A stretch of DNA of 64,000 nt from a virus. Below the pieces are notes generated by a model. The model searched no databases. It was not told the origin of the DNA and worked only from the letters and a program-made list of their open reading frames with translations. Shown piece after piece: positions 39,164 through 47,943 of this stretch. Each line of letters opens with the position of its first letter. The first letter of the stretch is position 1. The DNA lies in the IMG/VR virus record IMGVR_UViG_3300030099_006533; one strand, written 5' to 3'. The position numbers and the translations under genes were made by a program.

Positions 39164-40363
39164 GTGTGCGTGCTTTTTCAAGCCCTCGATAATAAGCAAG
39201 AGTGTGTCGGCATTTATGTCGATAGCAAACTTGTGTATGAAGACTTTCCACAAAATTTAACACGAACTTGGTCGTATTCTCCGTCAATTGACGACGAGCA
39301 GGTTGAGTACGCTAGCCTGTATTGTGTCGGAAGCGAGTTAGGGGACGTATGCCCAGAAGAGCATAAGGAAGAATGGGATAGGGTCTCTTCACGCATGCGA
39401 GCTTATTTAAAGGCCTTTGTGTCTTCCGGTGTTTCGCTGGATGAAAACTGCTACTTCGATTTGGTGCCCGAAAGGTATCTTATGGAGTTTTGCGAGATCA
39501 AGAACAAAATTACGGAACATGTTTTCGCTGAGTACCCTCGTCCTGAAAACTATGAGCAGACCCTAGCAACGACAAGACTAGTCAGCCAAATCTCCGCTCA
39601 GAAGCTAAATATAAATCCTAACAACATCAAGCAGTTTCGTGCTAACAAGCAGTGCCGAAACCTACTAAAAAAGATTAATAAAACGGCCCCATATTGCAAG
39701 TACATTGTAGATGGTACAAAAACTGGTCGTTTAACCACTAGTCCAACCAGCTTTCCGATACTCACTTTGAAAAAAGAGCACCGTACCATTCTAGAGCCAA
39801 ACAATGACTGGTTTGTGGAGCTAGATTTTAATGCCGCAGAATTGAGAGTCTTGTTATCACTGATTGGAAAAGAACAGCCAGAACAAGATATCCATAATTG
39901 GAACATTGATAATGTTTTTCGCGGCAATGGAACCAGAGAGGAGGCCAAAAAGCGCGCATTTGCGTGGTTGTATAACCCAGAGTCTGAAGATCACTTGATG
40001 AATCGGTTCTATGACCGCGACAGCGTTTTGGGTCAATATTGGGATGGCAACAACGTCAAAACCGTGTATAATCGTCAGATTCCCGCAGACCGCTTTCACG
40101 CACTCAATTATATTATTCAGAGCACATGCGCAGACATGGTATTAGAACAGGCATGCAAGATCCGCTCGCTATTGGCTAATAAGCGCTCTACAATTGCGTT
40201 CGTGATTCATGATAGCGTGGTGCTTGATTTCGCAGATGAGGACCGTCAGGAGCTAATGTCGCTTGTGAATGAATTTTCTTCTACAAGGCTCGGCAAATTT
40301 ATGGTAAACATTAGTGCAGGCAAGAATTTTGGTAAGCTTAGGGAGTTGAGAGTAAATGGATAA
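39164..40363 (+). CDS. Minimal family-A DNA polymerase-like protein
   Basis: TKTGRLTT, motif A ELDFNAAELR, motif B REEAKKRAFAWLY, ALNYIIQSTCAD, motif C IHDSVVLD; only 399 aa. Confidence 0.8.
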   Translation: MCVLFQALDNKQECVGIYVDSKLVYEDFPQNLTRTWSYSPSIDDEQVEYASLYCVGSELGDVCPEEHKEEWDRVSSRMRAYLKAFVSSGVSLDENCYFDLVPERYLMEFCEIKNKITEHVFAEYPRPENYEQTLATTRLVSQISAQKLNINPNNIKQFRANKQCRNLLKKINKTAPYCKYIVDGTKTGRLTTSPTSFPILTLKKEHRTILEPNNDWFVELDFNAAELRVLLSLIGKEQPEQDIHNWNIDNVFRGNGTREEAKKRAFAWLYNPESEDHLMNRFYDRDSVLGQYWDGNNVKTVYNRQIPADRFHALNYIIQSTCADMVLEQACKIRSLLANKRSTIAFVIHDSVVLDFADEDRQELMSLVNEFSSTRLGKFMVNISAGKNFGKLRELRVNG

Positions 40364-41201
40364 AGTAATTGGTTTGGGCTCAGCTGGCGTAAACATTTTA
40401 GCTCAGCTTATGAATTATCCACAGTATACGGGATACTTCATTGATACTGATGTTACAGGTCTCAAAAAGAACGGTTTTTACAGGCTTGACGAGCAAAACT
40501 CCCCGGAAGACTACGAGGCTAACTGCCCTTCGTTTAAGAGCTTCCTCCGCTCAGCAGGACCAGAGGTTTCGGTAATCTTGCCATCTTCTGGCCGTATTTC
40601 AGGCGTCAGTTTGGCTCTGCTGGAACAGATCAAGGATCGTATGATCAACGTTATTTTGGTGAGAGGGAATGAGCGTCAGATCGGTGCTCATACGTCTGCC
40701 ATTGATCGCGCCACTACCGGTGTTCTGCAAGAATATGCAAGATCAGGCCTATTCAATGAAATCTGTATTATCAACAACAAGCAGGTTGAAGAGGTGCTTG
40801 GTGAGGTGCCCATGATTGGATATCATGATGCCATCAACAGCATGGTATCAAACACCATTCATATGATGAACGTTTTCGACCATCAAAAGCCTGTGATTTC
40901 CGATATCGCACCAATTCCAGATATTTACAAGATCTCAACGTTGGGCTTTTGGGAGTTCGATGAGAAAAATGAAGAAAAGTTGTTTTTTCCTCTTGACACT
41001 CCCCGCATGATGAGATATTATATAGCTATCAATCAGCAACAGCTTGAGACCGATGGAACACTAAATAAAAAAATCAACGACTTTTTAGAAAAAACAAAAG
41101 AAAGAGAAATCGACATTTCATATGGCGTTTACTCTACAAAATACGATAAAAACTTTGTATACTGTAAAGCGTACACTAACATAATTCAGGAGATCAAATG
41201 A
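40356..41201 (+). CDS. Divergent FtsZ/tubulin-family (PhuZ-like) protein
   Basis: N-terminal VIGLGSAGVNI, FIDTD; degenerate signature loop SSGRISG; two-domain size of 281 aa. Confidence 0.6.
   Translation: MDKVIGLGSAGVNILAQLMNYPQYTGYFIDTDVTGLKKNGFYRLDEQNSPEDYEANCPSFKSFLRSAGPEVSVILPSSGRISGVSLALLEQIKDRMINVILVRGNERQIGAHTSAIDRATTGVLQEYARSGLFNEICIINNKQVEEVLGEVPMIGYHDAINSMVSNTIHMMNVFDHQKPVISDIAPIPDIYKISTLGFWEFDEKNEEKLFFPLDTPRMMRYYIAINQQQLETDGTLNKKINDFLEKTKEREIDISYGVYSTKYDKNFVYCKAYTNIIQEIK
40993..41021 (+). promoter_or_regulatory. Sigma70-type promoter inside the tubulin-like CDS
   Basis: TTGACA-17 nt-TATTAT. Confidence 0.55.
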
Positions 41202-41482
41202 TTGTATATACTGGAACTTTTACCAAGGCAGATGGCTCAGCCCGAACCATGCATTTTGCAAGGCTCACAGACCTGCCAGATTCGTTTCTGGCGGCTCGTG
41301 TGAAGGGCGGAGAGGTTACGGAGGCCCGCGCCGAAGCAAAGGCCAAGATGCTCGCTGAGGGCAAGGAAACAGTATGGGATCTGGAGGCCAACAACTTCCG
41401 GGTATTTAATTGGAACACAACCGTGGATGATGTATGTGAAGAGGAAGTAGAAGAATTAAACTTTTTTCAAAATAATGCTTGA
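41198..41482 (+). CDS. SH3-barrel (DUF2693/WYL_2-like) protein
   Basis: FTKADGSARTM...TVWDLEANNFRVFNW. Confidence 0.65.
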   Translation: MIVYTGTFTKADGSARTMHFARLTDLPDSFLAARVKGGEVTEARAEAKAKMLAEGKETVWDLEANNFRVFNWNTTVDDVCEEEVEELNFFQNNA

Positions 41483-41507
41483 CTTCTGTGAAGAAGGGTG
41501 TTATATT
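41479..41507 (+). promoter_or_regulatory. Sigma70-type early promoter with extended -10
   Basis: TTGACT-17 nt-TATATT with TG at -15/-14. Confidence 0.75.
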
Positions 41508-41516
41508 GATAAACAG

Positions 41517-41554
41517 AGGTTCGGGACATTTGCCGGGCCTACTATAGCCAAGTG
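41517..41554 (+). promoter_or_regulatory. Putative H-type RNA pseudoknot in the SSB mRNA leader
   Basis: Stem 1 AGGTTCGG (41517-24) with CCGGGCCT (41533-40); stem 2 CATTTG (41527-32) with CAAGTG (41549-54). Confidence 0.6.
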
Positions 41555-41571
41555 CAAAAGGAGAAAATGTA

Positions 41572-42318
41572 ATGGCAATTGACATGAAGGCAATGCGCGC
41601 CAAGCTAAGCGCACTCAAGAATGGTGGAGGCAACCGAAACGTCTTTTGGCGTCCGCAGGACGGCGATCAGGACATTCGAATTGTTTCACCGGAAGATGGA
41701 GATCCTTTCAAGGATTTCTATTTCCACTATAACGTAGGAAACAACAGTGGTTTCTTATGTCCCAAGAAGAACTTTGGAGACGACTGTGCTGTATGCAGCT
41801 TCGTTCGATCCCTTTATGATGAGGGAACCGAGGAGTCAATCAAGATGGCCAAGTCGCTCACCGCACGCCAGCGCTTCTTTTCCCCGGTCGTTGTCCGCGG
41901 CGAAGAGCGTGAGGGCGTTCGAATTTGGGGCTACGGTAAGACTGCTTATGAGACCCTACTCAACCTTGTACTGAACCCCGACTACGGTGATATCACCGAT
42001 CTTGAGGAAGGTACAGACCTCACACTTAATTACGGAAAGCCTGCAGGTGCCGCATACCCGCAGACCAAGATCCAACCTCGCCGTCGTACCAGTGCGCTAG
42101 TTGACTCTCCTGAGCAAGTAGCTGAGCTGATCGATAATATCCCAGAGTTTCAGTCGCTCTTTGACAAGAAGACTCCGGCAGAAGTCGAGACGCTCCTAGA
42201 CGCATTTCTTTCGGATGACGAAGATGCCGAGTCGCGCTCTAGTGAGTCCCATCGCTACGGAACCTCCGAGAAGGAAACTAGCACTGTAGATGAAGCTTTT
42301 GACCAGCTTCTAGCATAA
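41572..42318 (+). CDS. Single-stranded DNA-binding protein (T4 gp32-like)
   Basis: FWRP, His/Cys Zn ligands FHYN...LCP...DCAVC, RIWGYGK, YGDITD.EEGTD, acidic C-terminal tail. Confidence 0.85.
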   Translation: MAIDMKAMRAKLSALKNGGGNRNVFWRPQDGDQDIRIVSPEDGDPFKDFYFHYNVGNNSGFLCPKKNFGDDCAVCSFVRSLYDEGTEESIKMAKSLTARQRFFSPVVVRGEEREGVRIWGYGKTAYETLLNLVLNPDYGDITDLEEGTDLTLNYGKPAGAAYPQTKIQPRRRTSALVDSPEQVAELIDNIPEFQSLFDKKTPAEVETLLDAFLSDDEDAESRSSESHRYGTSEKETSTVDEAFDQLLA

Positions 42319-42401
42319 CGGCGCGCCCACAGGGAGGCATAGGGTTATCAGGTGCCTCACTCTTTACATAGTATGAACTTTGCCAGTTTTAGGAGATATT
42401 G

Positions 42402-43523
42402 ATGGCAAGAAGGAAAAAGTCTGCTGGTGCGGGTAAGATGTCTATTGCTGACATGCGCGCCATCATTAACAAGAAAGCTGGTATGGAAGTTGCCCACGAC
42501 CTGTCTGGCGAGAACCCCACAGCGGTAAAGGATTGGATTCCTACCGGCTCTCGGTGGTTAGATTCGATTATCTGCAAGGGTTCCCGAGCAGGCATTCCAG
42601 TGGGCAAGGTCACAGAGATTGCGGGCCTGGAAGCGTCTGGTAAGTCGTTTCTTGCGGCCCAAGTTGCAGCAAATGCACAGCAGATGGGTATCGACGTCAT
42701 TTACTTCGATTCTGAGTCTGCTATTGACCCGGCATTTCTTGAACGCGCTGGCTGTGATGTGGACACACTACTATATGTACAGGCGACGTCAGTTGAGTTT
42801 GTGTTGGAGACCATCGAAGATCTTCTCTCAAACAATGAGAATCGGATGCTGTTTATCTGGGACTCGCTGGCTCTTACGCCCTCTATATCAGATGTAGAAG
42901 GTGACTTCAACCCACAGTCATCTATGGCCGTGAAGGCTCGTATCCTTGCAAAGGGAATGAGTAAACTTACGGTCCCAATCGCCAATTCGCAGAGCACCTT
43001 TCTGGTACTGAATCAGCTTAAGTCAAATATCACCCGCTCCCCGTCAGAGGCACTTGTAACGCCCTATATGACTCCGGGCGGCAAGGCAATGATCTATGCC
43101 TATTCGCTGCGAATCTGGCTTACAGGCCGCAAGGCGAAGGCTAGCTACATTACCGATGAGAAGGGCTTCCGCATCGGCTCTGAGGTAAAGGTAAAGTTGG
43201 AGAAGTCGCGCTTTGGAACCCAGGGCCGACAGTGCAACTTTAAGATTCTATGGGGCACACATGCAGTTGGAGTGCAGGACCGAGAATCATGGTTTGAGGC
43301 TATTAAGGGCTCGGACCACATCAAGCAAGCTGGCGCATGGTTTACTCTCGTATATGCCGATGGCACAGAAGAGCGATTCCAAGCATCAAAGTGGATTTCT
43401 AAGCTAGAGAACGAGAAGTTCCTCGCCCGAGTCGAAGAAATCATGGACATTGAAGTTGTCCAAAAATTCAACAACCGAGAAGGTTCAGCCGAAGATTTTT
43501 ATGGAGAAAAGGATGAACAATAA
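42402..43523 (+). CDS. recA: RecA/UvsX recombinase
   Basis: WIPTGS, Walker A GLEASGKS, YFDSE, IWDSLA, TPGGKA; AGGAG SD favours ATG 42402. Confidence 0.93.
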   Translation: MARRKKSAGAGKMSIADMRAIINKKAGMEVAHDLSGENPTAVKDWIPTGSRWLDSIICKGSRAGIPVGKVTEIAGLEASGKSFLAAQVAANAQQMGIDVIYFDSESAIDPAFLERAGCDVDTLLYVQATSVEFVLETIEDLLSNNENRMLFIWDSLALTPSISDVEGDFNPQSSMAVKARILAKGMSKLTVPIANSQSTFLVLNQLKSNITRSPSEALVTPYMTPGGKAMIYAYSLRIWLTGRKAKASYITDEKGFRIGSEVKVKLEKSRFGTQGRQCNFKILWGTHAVGVQDRESWFEAIKGSDHIKQAGAWFTLVYADGTEERFQASKWISKLENEKFLARVEEIMDIEVVQKFNNREGSAEDFYGEKDEQ

Positions 43524-44733
43524 CATTCAAGCAAAAATGACCCAATGGGGCCCCGCAACAGTAAGCGACAATATTATTCAACGTTGCATGGAAAGCGCGT
43601 CAGCATCAGCGGACGAGTATATTAAGGCCGCTGATTACCTAAACCGCCAGGGCCTAGAAGTTGTCCATGTTCCTAATTTTGACTATGCTGCTCACACCTC
43701 GTGGGCTCCAAAGGATAGTCCACTACTTAAGGAAGCACAGACCCGGGCTGGAGGTCTTAACGCAATTAAGGCTAATCGATACAAGGACCGCTTTGATGAC
43801 GGTGAGACTCTTAAGCGCCCACCCATTGAGTTCTGGACAGGAGAGGAGACCATCCCAGGGATCGGCCACACTCGTACCGATGCCAAGCGTCGCTCTACAA
43901 ACTCTGTTGGTCCGGCCTTTTTCGTTGACCTATCAGCTAAGTCAAAGTTGGCTCAACGTGCCATCATTTTGGAGATCGCAAGTTATGGCAACAAGGAGTC
44001 CAAGGACGACCGTGACCTTGACTCAATGAGCGATGCCGCAAAGCAGTCGGTAGCTTACTGGAATATCGTCATGGAGATGGATCCCGATGCCGACGCCTCT
44101 GAGTTGGCCCTAAAAGAACAGCTTAAGCTACGAACTGAATATGACAAGCTCTCAACAGACGAGGAAAAGGAGGAGTTTCGACTCAACTGGCACGCTAGTT
44201 GGATGGATGCGAGATACCAGTATCAGTTCCGCAACCAAGGCGAGCGAACCAAGATTTACAAGGTTGCATTTACGGAGGCTCGTTTCTCACCACTAAAGGA
44301 AGAGGAGTGGACCGCCGAGGGCTTGGCAGACGTATATACTAGGTTCTGGCCCAACAACGAGTGGAACCCCACGGAGTGGTCCATCAAGGAAAAGCCAGAA
44401 ACTTCAGTACACCAGTTTATTACCGGGTTCGCAACACACAGTCGCAACTATCGACGCACTGTATCGGATTTGGGCTGGAACTATGATGGCACATACACTG
44501 TAGAGACTATGATTTATGGCAACCCAAAGGTAACAAACCCAGACACTCGCGCTGCAAATATTGAGTCTCACCTTAAGGTATTGACCGAGTACAATAACAA
44601 TGCACGCCGTACAAAGTGGGGCCTACCAGAGTACAAGAAGGTAATCTTTTTGCAGGGCTTGATCACTGAAGATGATGACAGTTACGCATACGAGTGGAAC
44701 ACCCAGCACAGGCGTTTTGATCAAGTAAAATAA
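43513..44733 (+). CDS. Hypothetical protein, possible ParB/Srx-like N-terminal domain
   Basis: Start moved to ATG 43513 (GGAG SD); GETLKRPPIEF...PGIGHTRTDAK resembles the ParB PI..GhxR motif (weak). Confidence 0.5.
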   Translation: MNNNIQAKMTQWGPATVSDNIIQRCMESASASADEYIKAADYLNRQGLEVVHVPNFDYAAHTSWAPKDSPLLKEAQTRAGGLNAIKANRYKDRFDDGETLKRPPIEFWTGEETIPGIGHTRTDAKRRSTNSVGPAFFVDLSAKSKLAQRAIILEIASYGNKESKDDRDLDSMSDAAKQSVAYWNIVMEMDPDADASELALKEQLKLRTEYDKLSTDEEKEEFRLNWHASWMDARYQYQFRNQGERTKIYKVAFTEARFSPLKEEEWTAEGLADVYTRFWPNNEWNPTEWSIKEKPETSVHQFITGFATHSRNYRRTVSDLGWNYDGTYTVETMIYGNPKVTNPDTRAANIESHLKVLTEYNNNARRTKWGLPEYKKVIFLQGLITEDDDSYAYEWNTQHRRFDQVK

Positions 44734-44759
44734 AAGATCACTTCTTTTTAAAAAAGTGC

Positions 44760-44788
44760 TTGACTATATATCTAATGGATGTTATATT
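44760..44788 (+). promoter_or_regulatory. Sigma70-type early promoter with extended -10
   Basis: TTGACT-17 nt-TATATT, TGn present. Confidence 0.75.
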
Positions 44789-44810
44789 AATAACATAAGG
44801 AGAAAACATT

Positions 44811-45263
44811 ATGAAATCAAGCATCTTGCTAGCCTTTGTCGCCCTTATGAGTACGGGCTGTTTTTCAGCCCATGCTCATTATACGCCGCCAATCGTATAT
44901 GCACCCCCCGCTCAACCAGCAGTGGTGATTACGCCCAGTTCCGTGGCTATCCAGTGGCACTATGTGTATATTAACACGACTTGGGTCCGCCGTGCCGGTC
45001 CACCTCCACGCGGCTCGGTTTACCATGCACACCCTTCGCATCGCCACTCGGTGATTGTACACCGCTCCTCCAGTGGCCATCGCGCACCAGCATATCGCTC
45101 TAGTAGCCGGTCAACCAATCACAGGCATGTGGTTAGGCCTAGCAACTCTCAGCGCCGCTCCTCGGTTCGGACTAGCCAAAGTCGCAGTTCAACTAGGAAC
45201 TCACACAGCCGGGGCACAAACCAGACCAACAACAAGAACGGCCGTTCAACTCGTCGTCGCTAG
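44811..45263 (+). CDS. Putative lipoprotein with Pro-rich region and Arg/Ser/His-rich tail
   Basis: Signal peptide MKSSILLAFVALMSTG-C (lipobox-like); AAGGAG SD. Confidence 0.65.
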   Translation: MKSSILLAFVALMSTGCFSAHAHYTPPIVYAPPAQPAVVITPSSVAIQWHYVYINTTWVRRAGPPPRGSVYHAHPSHRHSVIVHRSSSGHRAPAYRSSSRSTNHRHVVRPSNSQRRSSVRTSQSRSSTRNSHSRGTNQTNNKNGRSTRRR

Positions 45264-45272
45264 GAGGCTACA

Positions 45273-45785
45273 ATGTTTAAGAAGCTAATCTCTATCCTGC
45301 TTTTGGCAGCCACAGGCTGTGTCCCTGCAACCCCTGGTACCTTGTCTGGTGGTGTCAGTTACCAACACGACGGCTACGGTCCAACCGTGCACGATCAACA
45401 CCATAGCGGCTACGGTCCAATTATTGTTGACGCATACGCGGAGTGTTGGGAGTACTACCACGACTGGGGTGGCTGGGGCTGGTACTTTGACGCAGTTGTT
45501 GATCACCCATACGGCCCATCTGAGATTGAGTCTGTGTGGGTAGACATCTACGGCCCCTACAGCAGCGCACACTACGCACTATACGATGGAATCACGCTTC
45601 AATACCCAGTCGAAGCCCCAGGTGCAGAAATGTATGGTTTTTCTACTGTGCCAAATGATGGTCTTTGGATGTACTCTACAAAAGAGTCGCCACCACTTAA
45701 TTGTTACTCTGGCACCGCTTACGAGATTCATACCACGGCGTACGATTGGGACGGAAACTATCAGACTGTCATTCAATATCTTTAA
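45273..45785 (+). CDS. Putative lipoprotein, Tyr/Trp/Asp-rich
   Basis: MFKKLISILLLAATG-C lipobox; AGGAGG SD. Confidence 0.7.
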   Translation: MFKKLISILLLAATGCVPATPGTLSGGVSYQHDGYGPTVHDQHHSGYGPIIVDAYAECWEYYHDWGGWGWYFDAVVDHPYGPSEIESVWVDIYGPYSSAHYALYDGITLQYPVEAPGAEMYGFSTVPNDGLWMYSTKESPPLNCYSGTAYEIHTTAYDWDGNYQTVIQYL

Positions 45786-45794
45786 AATTTCCTC

Positions 45795-45823
45795 TTGACT
45801 TGAGCCTCCTTATCTGTTATATT
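45795..45823 (+). promoter_or_regulatory. Sigma70-type early promoter with extended -10
   Basis: TTGACT-17 nt-TATATT, TGn present. Confidence 0.75.
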
Positions 45824-45844
45824 ATTAATAGTTAAGGAGGCTCA
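45801..45844. repeat. Perfect 12-bp inverted repeat enclosing the -10 box and pairing with the SD
   Basis: TGAGCCTCCTTA (45801-12) and TAAGGAGGCTCA (45833-44), 20-nt spacer. Confidence 0.85.
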
Positions 45845-45845
45845 A

Positions 45846-46268
45846 ATGTATTCAACTGACGACGGCACCATACATGAACTGCGCGGCCGACACAAGAGGT
45901 TTATCGAGGCCTCAGCACGCACAGCAGAAGACTCGGAATTTCCCAACTACCGACACGGTGCCCTTCTTGTTCGCGGTGGATCAATTATAAGTTCCGCTTT
46001 CAACAAGAGTAACCATATCAACTGGGCGAATAAGTTCCGCAACAAAGATTGTGGCCATGCAACCCACCACGCAGAAGTGGGAGCTGTCCTCGGAATGGCC
46101 CGCGAAAAAACGACAGGTGCAACGATGTATGTTGCCAGGATCGGTAAAACAGGAGAGCTTAAAATGTCAAAACCTTGCGAAATGTGCCAACAAGTGCTTG
46201 CACATGTGGGTGTAAAAAAGGTATACTATAGCATCGATGACGAACACATTGGTTGTATCAAACTGTAA
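45846..46268 (+). CDS. Zn-dependent cytidine/deoxycytidylate deaminase family protein
   Basis: HHAEVGA and SKPCEMC motifs. Confidence 0.85.
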   Translation: MYSTDDGTIHELRGRHKRFIEASARTAEDSEFPNYRHGALLVRGGSIISSAFNKSNHINWANKFRNKDCGHATHHAEVGAVLGMAREKTTGATMYVARIGKTGELKMSKPCEMCQQVLAHVGVKKVYYSIDDEHIGCIKL

Positions 46269-46279
46269 CTAACGGAGAA

Positions 46280-47221
46280 ATGATGAAGAATTTTGGTTAT
46301 GCCTGTATCAATATGGGCTTTTCTACACGTCCTAAGTCCAAGCGGATTACTACTAATCGTACAATGATCAAGCGCACGTTCCTTGAGAAGGGTATTGAGT
46401 ATGCTTCCGAGCTTGCGCTGCAAAACCTACGCGATCTGCGCACTATTCTAGAGTGGAACCTAGAGAACGATATTTACTTCTACCGCCTGTCTTCAGACAT
46501 CATCCCTTGGGCCAGCGAGTACGAACTTACAGATATGCCAAACTATGGTGCTATTCATGCTGCAGCACTATCTGCCGGCAACTTCGCTCGCGAGCACGGG
46601 ATGCGCCTCACTTCACACCCTGGCCCGTTCAACAAGCTTGCATCCCCCAAGGAACGCGTCTATCAGCTTACAGCCAAAGACCTGACCGTGCATGCTGACC
46701 TGTTTGATCTCATTGGTCTGCCTCGCACACCCTATGCCAAGCTCAATATTCATGTCGGTGCAGCCTATGGCGATAAGCCCTTTGCACTTGACAACTTCTG
46801 TCGCAACTTCGAACGCCTACCGGAGTCCGTGCGATCCCGCCTGACTGTCGAGAATGATGACAAGCCGTCACTGTATTCTACCAAGGAGTTGTATGACGGT
46901 GTGTACAAACGCATTGGTATTCCTATTGTATTCGACTATCACCACCACATGCTCCACCCCGGAGGTCAGACTGAGCAGGAAGCACTAGAGCTAGCCCTGT
47001 CTACATGGGGCGATATCAAGCCTGTGGTCCACTATGCCGAGTCCCGGTCGCTAGAGCACAACAACCCCAAGATCAAGCCGCAAGCGCACTCTGATCGCGT
47101 TGTGCGCCCGTTTGACGACTACGGCCACGACCTCGACGTTATGATCGAAGCAAAGCACAAAGAGCTTGCACTTCTTGAGTATCGTGATATAATGAATGGA
47201 CAGATTAGGGAGGCATCATGA
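46280..47221 (+). CDS. uvdE: UV damage endonuclease
   Basis: GYACIN, FYRLSSD, SHPGPF, NIHVG, VENDD, FDYHHH, AHSD, MIEAKHKE; start moved to follow the GGAG SD. Confidence 0.92.
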   Translation: MMKNFGYACINMGFSTRPKSKRITTNRTMIKRTFLEKGIEYASELALQNLRDLRTILEWNLENDIYFYRLSSDIIPWASEYELTDMPNYGAIHAAALSAGNFAREHGMRLTSHPGPFNKLASPKERVYQLTAKDLTVHADLFDLIGLPRTPYAKLNIHVGAAYGDKPFALDNFCRNFERLPESVRSRLTVENDDKPSLYSTKELYDGVYKRIGIPIVFDYHHHMLHPGGQTEQEALELALSTWGDIKPVVHYAESRSLEHNNPKIKPQAHSDRVVRPFDDYGHDLDVMIEAKHKELALLEYRDIMNGQIREAS

Positions 47222-47943
47222 GTGACGCTTATGCAAAAAGTGTAGAACTATACTCTGACGGAATTGGAAGAGTAGACTATGTAAACCACATGGGTGACGA
47301 CCTTACCGTCGTAAACAGCGCGCGCGTTTCATTCGGCGTGCAGAAGGATACACTAGATGAGAGAGACAAGAAGCTCATCAACTACCTTATTAGGCATCAG
47401 CACACTTCGACTTTGGAGCACAATCTCATTACTTTCAGGTTCTGTGTTCCTCTGTTCGTTCGGTCTCAGCACCATCGTCATCGAACATGGTCTTATAATG
47501 AGATTTCTCGACGCTATACCGATGTAAACATCCAGTTTTATGAACCGGATTCATTTAGGACACAGCACAAGAGCAATCGACAGGCAAGCAATGCTGAAGA
47601 GTTGATTAATCCGCTTACTTCCTATCCTAATAAGGAGCAATATTCGGCCATGCCCGCAGCATCAGCCGTGAGGCTTCACAACCAAAATAGCCTGCTTCTT
47701 TTTGAGAGGCTTGTTGAATCTGGGGTGTGTAGGGAGCAGGCCCGAGGCGTCTTGTCTCAGAATATGTATACAGAATATTATGGAACTGTTAATCTATCTA
47801 ACTTGCTCAAGTTCATTCAGCTACGAACTCATGTGGGAGCACAGTGGGAAATCCAAAAAGTCGCAGAAGCGTGCTTGGAAATTGCCACGGATCTTTTCCC
47901 AGAAACAGTAGGGGCCTATCGCAACATCAGGAGTGCAGCATGA
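47218..47943 (+). CDS. thyX: FAD-dependent thymidylate synthase
   Basis: HTSTLEH, RSQHHRHRTWSYNEISRRY, EQARGVL. Confidence 0.95.
   Translation: MSDAYAKSVELYSDGIGRVDYVNHMGDDLTVVNSARVSFGVQKDTLDERDKKLINYLIRHQHTSTLEHNLITFRFCVPLFVRSQHHRHRTWSYNEISRRYTDVNIQFYEPDSFRTQHKSNRQASNAEELINPLTSYPNKEQYSAMPAASAVRLHNQNSLLLFERLVESGVCREQARGVLSQNMYTEYYGTVNLSNLLKFIQLRTHVGAQWEIQKVAEACLEIATDLFPETVGAYRNIRSAA

Noticed and set aside
40356-41201. Evidence for a nucleus-forming jumbo phage
   Set aside because: A tubulin homologue alone is insufficient; no chimallin or multisubunit RNA polymerase is recognised in the window, and the early promoters are host sigma70 type
41515-41545. preQ1-I riboswitch (starts AGAGGTTC like known examples)
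   Set aside because: No complementary CCCTCT arm or A-rich AAAAAACTAA-type tail, and the downstream gene is unrelated to queuosine; the pseudoknot reading fits better
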